Assembly (NCBI GenBank): GCA_020348445.1
Contig: CP070751.1
Location: 254,006 to 318,005 of the forward strand
DNA: 64,000 bases
Origin: Thermoplasmata archaeon
Lineage (GTDB): Archaea; Thermoplasmatota; Thermoplasmata; GCA-020350865
Direction: 5' to 3'
The position numbers and the translations under genes are program-made. This document shows positions 57,101-64,000 of the stretch, one piece after another. Under the pieces are notes generated by a model. The model did not search any database. It was not told the origin of the DNA and saw only the letters and a program-made list of their open reading frames with translations. Within the stretch, counting starts at the first letter, position 1. Every line of letters starts with the position of its first letter.

Positions 57101-60100
57101 ATCGAGGCACTTCATGGCAGCTGGGCAATCCTTCTGGTTTTGGACCGGGTTCAGCCTATTCATTGCCTAACTGCTGGGGCACGAATTTAGTGACCGACTA
57201 CACAACTTCCGCGGAAGCGACATTAAGAATGCCATATTTGGATCTGAGGCTGGCTCAGGAAGCTAATTTGACATTCATGCACTGGTATGATATAAACGGT
57301 GTTTGGAATGATGGAGGTTGGGTGGAGGTGAGCCTTGATAATGGCCAAACATGGATGAGGATATATCCTGAGGGCGGTTATCCTGATATCGATGGCAATT
57401 GGTTTGATGGTTGCTATGCCGGGACAACAGCGGCCTGGACAAAAGCTGAATTCAATCTTACAGCCTTCGTGGGAAATATCATACTCATTCGTTTCAGGCT
57501 CTATGATTACATGTGGGACGGTCCCATGGAGGGAGCCGGCTGGTACATCGACGATGTCAATGTATCAGCTACTTATCTTGCCTATGGCGTTGACCTGACC
57601 CCTGATATAGATTCTATAATCGCCTCTGACGGAACAAGTGTTCTTTATCTTATGACAGCAACCAACATGGGAACCGCAGGTCCAGACACATTCAATCTAA
57701 ACTACCTGGCTATGCTTGGATGGTCGGCGGCATTCTATGATCTTTCAATGACTCCGATAACATCCGTAGGTCCCATTGACACCAGCAATTCAATGGATTT
57801 CTATGTGAATGTGACCATACCAATAGGAGAATTACCTGGAACCATTGAAAGGACCATAGTGATAGCAACCTCGCAAAACGATTCATCCTTCCCTCCAGCC
57901 GATGACAATTCATTTCTGTTCACACAGGTCCTTGCACCGATACTATTTGTAGATGATGATGGTGGTATAGACACAGAGGCCAATTTCACTACAGCCTTAG
58001 ATGATGGAGGTTATAGTTATAATGTGTGGAATTACCAGGTACTTGGCGAATTGAGTTTAAGTGATCTTCAACAACATGAAGTTATTATATGGGGAACTGG
58101 GAACACAGAAGATGATTTGACAGAGGGAACACTTACACCCACAGACAGGATGAACCTCGGTAATTATTTGGATGGCGGTGGTCGCCTTTATCTCTCAAGT
58201 AGCCTTGCAGGTGCGGACGCAGTAAACTATTGGAGTGGAACCGATTTCTGGTTGTCATGGTACCAGACCTATCTGCACTCCGACTTTGTTGATATTTTTG
58301 GAGGCCCCTCTACCATTAATGGAGTAACTTCGGATCCCATTAGCGATGGATTGAATTACAACCTCTACCAAGGAGATTACAATCCAAACCTCATGCAGGT
58401 TTGGACTCACCACAACCCCGTAAATGATGGAATAACGTTTTTCACTGAACCCTGGCCTTCGAATGTTGCTACAAGAGCCGATACCGGGACCAACAGGGTC
58501 GTCTATACTGGATTCGATTTCTCTGCAGTTGACGGGGTCGCAAACAGGGCAACTTTAATGGACAGGATTCTCAAGTGGTTGCTTTTCGGTGACTTGCCCT
58601 ATGTAATCGAGACCGATCCCACCCATGGAGCCAGCGGAATTGTAGTTGATCAAGATGTGGTTGTAATCTACTCCGAGAGTATGAACACGAGTGTGGAACC
58701 AACGTTATCGCAGGTTGGAGGCCCTGATCCAGGTGGATGGACGTTCTCGGGATGGTCCACAACCTACATTACAGACGACACGGCTACCTGGACCCACAAC
58801 AGCTGGTCACCCAGCCAGACTGTCAATATGAGCGTTTCAGGCGGCGAAGACTTAGAGGGGAATTCAGCATCTGAATATCTGTTCAACTTCACTATTGTCG
58901 CATCAGCTGATCCGTGGGCTTTTGCCACAGGACCCACATCAACTGGAACGAACGCGACTTTGCCGCAAATAACATACAATTTCGGTAACAGTCCCACGAA
59001 CGTGCAGATATATTGGAGCAATGATGGCGGCAGCACCTGGAACATGTGGGGTTCAGATAATTCCGTGGACGGTTCATGGACCCCAGGCAGTCCATTATCA
59101 ACGTCAGGTACATACTATTGGTCAGCCAGGGCAATGGGTGGTTCAAGCGAACCTCCACCTAGTGGGCCTGGAGACATCGAGGCAGGCCCATACGTTCTTG
59201 ATATCGATGCACCCACGATATTTTCCACAGATCCTGTAGATGGGGCAACAGATGTGAGCACTGCCGCAGGGACTTATGTTATCGAATTCAGTGAGCCCAT
59301 GAGTTTGACAGGTACAGATCCACTTTCAAATCTTCCGGGTATAATGTGGACCTGGGATTCTTCAGGTCTCTGGCTCAATGGAACATATACTGTTCTTTCA
59401 TCAAGTACAACTTATTACGTGAACCTAACAGACCGGGGATTCATAGATGCAGCGGGCAACCATCTAACAGGGGACATGTACAAGAATTTCACAACCATGT
59501 CAGTTCCCTGGGCCACTGCAACTGGTCCCACATCCTCAGGCACCAATGTTTCAACCCCCACGATCACATATGATCAAACCGACGGTCCCACGAGTGTGGA
59601 GATATACTGGAGTGATAATGGAGGCACCACTTGGAACCTGTGGGGTACCGACTCAAGTGTAGACGGCTCCTGGTCACCAGGCAGTCCATTACCCGCCTCT
59701 GGAACATACTATTGGAGTGCGAGAGCAATAGGCCCTCCAAGTGAATCGGTTCCAATTGATTTCGGAGATATCGAGGCTGGCACTTATGTTCTTGATATAG
59801 ATTCGCCCACGATTATTTCCACAACTCCTTTGGATGAGGCAACAGGTGTAAGTACTGCAGCAGGAACTTATATTATCGAATTCATTGAACCCATGGCCTT
59901 GACTGGAACAGACCCACTTTCGGATCTTCCGGGAGTCTCTTGGAGCTGGGATCCCTTGGGCCTATGGCTTAACGGGACATATACTGCTCTTTCTCCCGGT
60001 ACAACCTACTATGTCAATCTTACGGACCTAGGATTTACTGATGCGTATGGTAATCACCTTACAGGTGATATGTACAAGAATTTCACAACCACCTCTGATC

Positions 60101-63100
60101 CTTGGGCAACTGCAACAGGTCCCACATCCTCAGGCACCAATGATACCACCCCCACCATTACTTACGATCAAGGCAACGGCCCGACGAGTGTAGAGATATA
60201 CTGGAGTGATGATGGCGGTGCGTCTTGGAATCTGTGGGGTACCGACACAAGCGTTGACGGCTCTTGGACACCAGGCAGCCCATTACCTGCCTCCGGAACG
60301 TACTACTGGAGTGCAAGAGCAATAGGTATTCCAAATGAAACGATTCCAAGTGGTGTAGGGGATATCGAGGCAGACTTTTATGTTCTTGATATAGATGGAC
60401 CGACGACATTCTCTACGACACCAGCAGATGGGGCAACAGGTGTTGACATCGCCGCGGGAACGTACGTTATCCAATTTAGCGAGCCAATGACCCTGGTGGG
60501 TACGCCTGATACCAATTTATCCATCATATCATGGATTTGGGATCCATCAGGTCTCTGGCTCAACGGGACTTATACAGGACTCATCTCTGGTGCGACATAC
60601 TATGTCAATTTAACAGATTTAGGATTTACAGATGCGTATGGTAACCACCTCACAGGTGATATGTACAAGAATTTCACAACAGCGGTAGGTGTCACAACTG
60701 CCAATGCAACAGGCCCCATAGGAGGCCCAACAAATGTCGCGGCAATCACGATTATCTACACCACAGCAGGAGGTCCGGCGACAGTGGATCTTTACTACAC
60801 AATGAACACAACCGGACCATACATCTGGACATTAATCGGTACCGATATTTCAGTTGATGGCAATTTTGATTGGACAATACCAGCAGATGGATCATATGGT
60901 TGGCTCGCTGTCTCACCAGACGAGCCGGCGCCTACATCTTCTGATGCACCCGAGGCCTTCTGGTACATTTACGACGGCACACCACCTGAGGTCGTTAGCA
61001 CTGATCCCGTAAACATGACAACTTCGATTTCAGTAGGCCAAGATATTGTGATCACCTTCAACGAGACAATGAACAACGTTACCTTCACTTACACCATAGA
61101 GCCGAGCATAACAGGGCTCTTAGAAGTGTGGAGCGGCGGCAATACTATTTTAACTATCTCCCATGATGACTTCCCAACAGGAACAAGAATCTGGGTGAAC
61201 ATATCAGTAGCAACCGACCTTGCAGGCAATAATTTGAGACCACGGCCGTACTGGTTCTACTTTGACACAGACAATTCTGCCACTGTGACAGGTCCAATCA
61301 CAGTCACCCCAACAAATGATGACACGGTAACTATCACATACACTACTACAGGCAATCCGATCAGTGTTGATCTCTATTACACAACAAATTTGACTGCACC
61401 ATATACCTGGACATTCATGGGCACCGATGACACCCCTGAAAATGGCTTTGGATGGCTCTTAGCTGTGGATGGCTCTTATGGTTGGTTTGCAAATTCCACT
61501 GATGAACTTCCACCCACATCAACAGATGCTCCAGAGGCATCGTACTACATCTATGATGGCACACCACCTGAGGTGGAAAGTACAATCCCTGCAAACAAAT
61601 CCACTGGTGTTCCAATTAACCAGGATATCGTGATTACATTTAACGAGACCATGGATATAGTCACTTTTACATACCAAATTGAACCAACTGTTACGGGCCT
61701 TATAGACACATGGAGTGCATTAAACTCGATTTTGACAATCTCTCATGATGACTTTGCACTTGATACCAGGTATTGGGTGAACATTACATATGCTAGGGAC
61801 TTGGCTGGTAACTTTCTAGACCCATATCCCTTACCCTACTCCATCTACTTCGATACTGCAACAACAGGGGCAGAGGCAACTGGTCCTGTAGGCGGCCCAA
61901 CCAATGTATCTGATATCACGATCACCTACAATACAATTGGGGGACCTTCGAGAGTCTACCTTTGGTACACCACAAATACAACTGCACCCTACACATGGAT
62001 CCATTTTGCTACTGATGATCCTGCAGATGGCAGTTATGATTGGACAATTACAAGCGATGGATATTACGGCTGGTTAGCAAATTCCACTGATGAACTTCCA
62101 CCCACATCAACAGATGCACCTGAAAGTTCTTGGTACATATATGATGGTACACCACCTGCTGTTAACAGCACAAACCCCGTCAATGCCACTATTGATGTTT
62201 TAACAACCCAGGACATCGTGATCACCTTCAATGAGACAATAAACAATGTTACATTCACTTACACAATTGAACCATCTATTACTGTTCTCTCAGAGGTATG
62301 GAACAATGATGATAAAAATCTAACAATAACCCACGACGGCTTTGTAATTGCAACAAGATATTGGGTGAACATCACAGCGGCCATGGATTTGGCAGGAAAC
62401 AATATGGTACCGTATTCATTCTACTTCGACACCACAACAACAGATATCGTTCCTCCCACAGTAATGACAGGAACACCAACAGGCTCAAGCGTTCTCATCA
62501 CCTCAAATATCGTAATCACATTTGACGAGGCCATGAACACTACATCTGTCAATAACGCATTCAGCTTCAATGATGGCATAACAACATGGGACATATCAGA
62601 TGGGATGGTCAGTTGGAACGTTGCAAACACCATTATGACGTTCAATCCCACTGTGGACTTCGGCTATTACACTCAATTCAATGTAACGATCGACGGAAGT
62701 ATTGCAAAGGATGAGGCTGGCAACACCCTTGACGGTAATGACAACGGCACCTCGGAAGGCTCACCCATCGACGATTATACATGGCAGTTCACAACCGAGT
62801 CGGCACCACCTCCTGATACAACGCCGCCCACTTCATCTGTTTCTGCCCTGCCCACCTACCATACTTCACTGAGCTTTTCGGTGAGCTACACAGCAACCGA
62901 TACTCAAAACAACGTAATGGAGGTCGAACTATGGTTCAAGAAGGATAGCGGTGAATGGAATCTATATAACACATACAGTGGAGGCTCAAATACAGTTACA
63001 TTTACCGCAGATTCTGATGGAGTGTATTATTTCTATACAAGAGCAAGAGACGATGTCGTTCCTTCAAACTACGAGACTGAACCATCCTCTGAAGATGCTT

Positions 63101-64000
63101 TCACAACCGTGGACACCACCTTACCAACCGTCGATTCCGGCTCTGATACCATTGGAAATTCACAGTTCACCCGGGATGCAACTGCAAGCGACGCAGGCTC
63201 AGGCATAGCAACATATTCCTGGACAATGGTTTCCGGCCCTGGGACAATAACTTTCGGCACTCCCTCTGCTGAAGACACTACAATTAGTGCAGACACGGAC
63301 GGCACATATGTTATCAGGCTTACTGTCACCGACAATGCTGGCCACAGCGCGTCCGATGAATTCACTCTTGACTGGGATGCCACACCACCTACAGTGTCAA
63401 GCAAAACTCCAACTGGAACGAACATATCAATTACTTCACTGATCTCAATTACTTTCAGTGAGACTGTGATTGAAACATCAGTTGAGAACGCCTTTACCTT
63501 TACAGATGGAACCACAACATGGTCAATTCTCAACGGCTCAGCAACTTGGGCTGACAGCACCATGACCTTTGATCCTGATTTTGATCTAAGTCACGGAACC
63601 GCGTACACCGTTAACATCGGTTCTGGTGTCATTGACACATCAGGAAACACCATGACACCTTATCACTGGACGTTTTCAACAGCAGAAGCCGTGGATACAA
63701 CTGCACCCACTGTGGCAATTGTGAATCCCGTTGATGGGGCTGTAATTGACGTGACAAAAACGATCATTATCACATTCAGTGAGGCAATGAATAAATCCTC
63801 GGTTGAGGCTGCGATCTCCATTTCCCCAGATGCGACTATCTCGGACTTTAGCTGGGAGGGCAACACCTTGACCATAACCCTTGAATCTGATTTGGAGGCA
63901 GGCAAGGACTACACAGTGACAATTGGAACAGGTGCAAAGGATGCAGCAGGAAATGCTCTTGAAGAACCTTATACCTGGCAGTTCACCACAGAGAAAGCGG
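54166..64000 (+). CDS. Giant (>3,270 aa) secreted multidomain surface protein/adhesin, 3' end outside window; not in ORF track
   Basis: ATG 54166 with strong SD. The frame reads open in the stretches I translated, and the track lists no closed ORF in this frame. Architecture: signal peptide, DOMON/CBM9-like domain, 3x(Ig-like + MAM-like jelly roll), Ig, flavodoxin/GATase-like domain, then ~10 Big_5-type Ig domains interleaved with other beta domains and a PKD-like domain. Confidence 0.93.
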   Translation, partial: MEKVRKKSFNGRFKKGITTVFITIFLVSSMFVPLDMMQEAKAHTGDKIRSPMTTTPPTIDGNFTPGEWNDAVMIDLTTIPGNMVGSYMYVMNNDTCLFILYDAFGDNTNDPMDGTAAGFDTNHDGVNGPNDGDDDYFYFGGPMVGEGHYDYNMLIMDWQEHCSPFSDPGLAAAMGFNTTPNSGSDHRIYEWSIPLDQLDASLGDIIGFAAGCQLMPGVYDADSGNYDQWPVNLPPIPLDQYGNLIIGGPYNVDIKPEKQTKYGLAGQETSYKLRINNTGINPDIFDLTYLSSLGWSVTFYDASWNPLVDNGGGPEVDTGSVAAKTSVVIHANISVPLLANPGDIDITIIQGNSSGDPTVNDTTSLRTQVVYNIDWFDGFEAGWDAWTAQVIRPSFPSPTIWEIGDPSGTGPGTAFNYTNCSGTNINDAYYMNADICLISPYVQLGSGYQILSFYQWYYMDTMGDDGGFVEISVNDNPWVQIWPDIEYPWVGGYLGGYNTDGYSGISSGWEYDEYDLSPYANQVVRVRFHFAASDWHGGDDGWYIDDVFMGSPPPYRLDLEPDYQIGTGNAGTDVSYVLTVTNNGADDDAYDLSSGGTWGVTIRDITDTWDIFSIFVASGNSADFIAKVTIPGLASPGDFDVSSIKASSQNDTSKSEKAEVETNVPEIPPWFDDMEFGPGWWKNQTDGDGTEWQLGDPSLGAYGPPKSYSPINCWGTNIASNYTIGGECNLTTAYIDLTWAANANLSFWHWYDINGFWTDGGWVEVSDDYGSTWIPIEPLGGYPDINDWGIPCYAGSSVKWIRADFDLSDYTGSVIQLRFHFLDADWDGVERAGWYVDDIMIYASKYGVDIEPNSFGFGDAGDTVEYILTVTNTGDLDDSFTLSVSGNTWPTTIYDSTGTFVITNTGFLGANNSIDIMIKVDIPIGANPGDFDISKITATSDNDTGMFASVRLDTNYPVMPLWFDDMESGKGGWRPWNNNRGTSWQLGNPSGFGPGSAYSLPNCWGTNLVTDYTTSAEATLRMPYLDLRLAQEANLTFMHWYDINGVWNDGGWVEVSLDNGQTWMRIYPEGGYPDIDGNWFDGCYAGTTAAWTKAEFNLTAFVGNIILIRFRLYDYMWDGPMEGAGWYIDDVNVSATYLAYGVDLTPDIDSIIASDGTSVLYLMTATNMGTAGPDTFNLNYLAMLGWSAAFYDLSMTPITSVGPIDTSNSMDFYVNVTIPIGELPGTIERTIVIATSQNDSSFPPADDNSFLFTQVLAPILFVDDDGGIDTEANFTTALDDGGYSYNVWNYQVLGELSLSDLQQHEVIIWGTGNTEDDLTEGTLTPTDRMNLGNYLDGGGRLYLSSSLAGADAVNYWSGTDFWLSWYQTYLHSDFVDIFGGPSTINGVTSDPISDGLNYNLYQGDYNPNLMQVWTHHNPVNDGITFFTEPWPSNVATRADTGTNRVVYTGFDFSAVDGVANRATLMDRILKWLLFGDLPYVIETDPTHGASGIVVDQDVVVIYSESMNTSVEPTLSQVGGPDPGGWTFSGWSTTYITDDTATWTHNSWSPSQTVNMSVSGGEDLEGNSASEYLFNFTIVASADPWAFATGPTSTGTNATLPQITYNFGNSPTNVQIYWSNDGGSTWNMWGSDNSVDGSWTPGSPLSTSGTYYWSARAMGGSSEPPPSGPGDIEAGPYVLDIDAPTIFSTDPVDGATDVSTAAGTYVIEFSEPMSLTGTDPLSNLPGIMWTWDSSGLWLNGTYTVLSSSTTYYVNLTDRGFIDAAGNHLTGDMYKNFTTMSVPWATATGPTSSGTNVSTPTITYDQTDGPTSVEIYWSDNGGTTWNLWGTDSSVDGSWSPGSPLPASGTYYWSARAIGPPSESVPIDFGDIEAGTYVLDIDSPTIISTTPLDEATGVSTAAGTYIIEFIEPMALTGTDPLSDLPGVSWSWDPLGLWLNGTYTALSPGTTYYVNLTDLGFTDAYGNHLTGDMYKNFTTTSDPWATATGPTSSGTNDTTPTITYDQGNGPTSVEIYWSDDGGASWNLWGTDTSVDGSWTPGSPLPASGTYYWSARAIGIPNETIPSGVGDIEADFYVLDIDGPTTFSTTPADGATGVDIAAGTYVIQFSEPMTLVGTPDTNLSIISWIWDPSGLWLNGTYTGLISGATYYVNLTDLGFTDAYGNHLTGDMYKNFTTAVGVTTANATGPIGGPTNVAAITIIYTTAGGPATVDLYYTMNTTGPYIWTLIGTDISVDGNFDWTIPADGSYGWLAVSPDEPAPTSSDAPEAFWYIYDGTPPEVVSTDPVNMTTSISVGQDIVITFNETMNNVTFTYTIEPSITGLLEVWSGGNTILTISHDDFPTGTRIWVNISVATDLAGNNLRPRPYWFYFDTDNSATVTGPITVTPTNDDTVTITYTTTGNPISVDLYYTTNLTAPYTWTFMGTDDTPENGFGWLLAVDGSYGWFANSTDELPPTSTDAPEASYYIYDGTPPEVESTIPANKSTGVPINQDIVITFNETMDIVTFTYQIEPTVTGLIDTWSALNSILTISHDDFALDTRYWVNITYARDLAGNFLDPYPLPYSIYFDTATTGAEATGPVGGPTNVSDITITYNTIGGPSRVYLWYTTNTTAPYTWIHFATDDPADGSYDWTITSDGYYGWLANSTDELPPTSTDAPESSWYIYDGTPPAVNSTNPVNATIDVLTTQDIVITFNETINNVTFTYTIEPSITVLSEVWNNDDKNLTITHDGFVIATRYWVNITAAMDLAGNNMVPYSFYFDTTTTDIVPPTVMTGTPTGSSVLITSNIVITFDEAMNTTSVNNAFSFNDGITTWDISDGMVSWNVANTIMTFNPTVDFGYYTQFNVTIDGSIAKDEAGNTLDGNDNGTSEGSPIDDYTWQFTTESAPPPDTTPPTSSVSALPTYHTSLSFSVSYTATDTQNNVMEVELWFKKDSGEWNLYNTYSGGSNTVTFTADSDGVYYFYTRARDDVVPSNYETEPSSEDAFTTVDTTLPTVDSGSDTIGNSQFTRDATASDAGSGIATYSWTMVSGPGTITFGTPSAEDTTISADTDGTYVIRLTVTDNAGHSASDEFTLDWDATPPTVSSKTPTGTNISITSLISITFSETVIETSVENAFTFTDGTTTWSILNGSATWADSTMTFDPDFDLSHGTAYTVNIGSGVIDTSGNTMTPYHWTFSTAEAVDTTAPTVAIVNPVDGAVIDVTKTIIITFSEAMNKSSVEAAISISPDATISDFSWEGNTLTITLESDLEAGKDYTVTIGTGAKDAAGNALEEPYTWQFTTEKA
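54913..57930 (+). repeat. Three ~880-nt (~293 aa) units of Ig-like + MAM/cleaved-adhesin-like domains, plus a fourth Ig-like domain
   Basis: W-F-D-[GD]-[FM]-E starts at 55288, 56173 and 57049 (periods 885, 876). Each unit has W..G.P, DGG.VE[IV]S and GWY[IV]DD[VI]. Confidence 0.8.
58909..60690 (+). repeat. Three tandem 594-nt (198 aa) coding repeats, type A
   Basis: P-W-A-x-A-T-G-P-T-S Trp codons at 58915, 59509 and 60103 (exact 594-nt period). Long shared DNA tracts, e.g. ATGTACAAGAATTTCACAAC three times. Confidence 0.92.
60700..62430 (+). repeat. Three tandem ~585-nt (~195 aa) coding repeats, type B (distant relatives of type A)
   Basis: [AV]-T-G-P starts at 60706, 61285 and 61876. Shared DAPE..Y.YDGTPP, QDIVITFNET, DLAGN. 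Confidence 0.9.

Noticed and set aside
54135-63905. Many minus-strand and off-frame ORFs of 60-164 aa in the track
   Set aside because: They are shadows of the giant plus-strand gene, whose biased codons suppress antisense stops. They have no recognisable motifs or SD sites.
1-64000. tRNA, rRNA, CRISPR arrays, integrases, transposases
   Set aside because: None recognised by eye. The 580-880 nt repeats are protein-coding domains. A tRNAscan/Infernal run would be needed to exclude small RNAs.

Overview
Archaeal chromosome segment, most likely an uncultured Thermoplasmatota-type anaerobic peptide fermenter. This is inferred from the KaiC/RAD55-like cluster, archaeal A24 prepilin peptidase, AglH-type priming transferases, four-subunit POR, TATA/BRE-like promoters and GGAGG/GGTGA SD sites. 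Left to right: a KaiC-like ATPase cluster (one member with a degenerate Walker A), galU, a molybdopterin operon moaA-moaD-moaE-moaC-moaB (moaD is missing from the ORF track and appears to start at CTG), an MFS transporter and a porG-D-A-B oxidoreductase operon. A ~38 kb, visibly AT-richer surface-glycan locus (about 9.5-47.8 kb) follows, with GT2/GT4/GT-C transferases, 3 nucleotide-sugar dehydrogenases, wecB, 2 AglH/MraY paralogues, 6 SAM methyltransferases, acyl-, formyl- and GNAT transferases, 2 deacetylases, an alpha/alpha-toroid protein and an internally deleted copy of the prepilin-peptidase 3' end. Next come a membrane-anchored subtilase and a lone 2-hydroxyacyl-CoA dehydratase-family subunit divergent from an ACT-queA-tgt run, i.e. 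bacterial-type queuosine genes in an archaeon. The window ends in a >3,270-aa secreted multi-repeat surface protein (54166 to beyond the end) that the ORF track missed. No tRNA, rRNA, CRISPR array or transposase was recognised. All assignments come from motif recognition by eye; no database searches were run.
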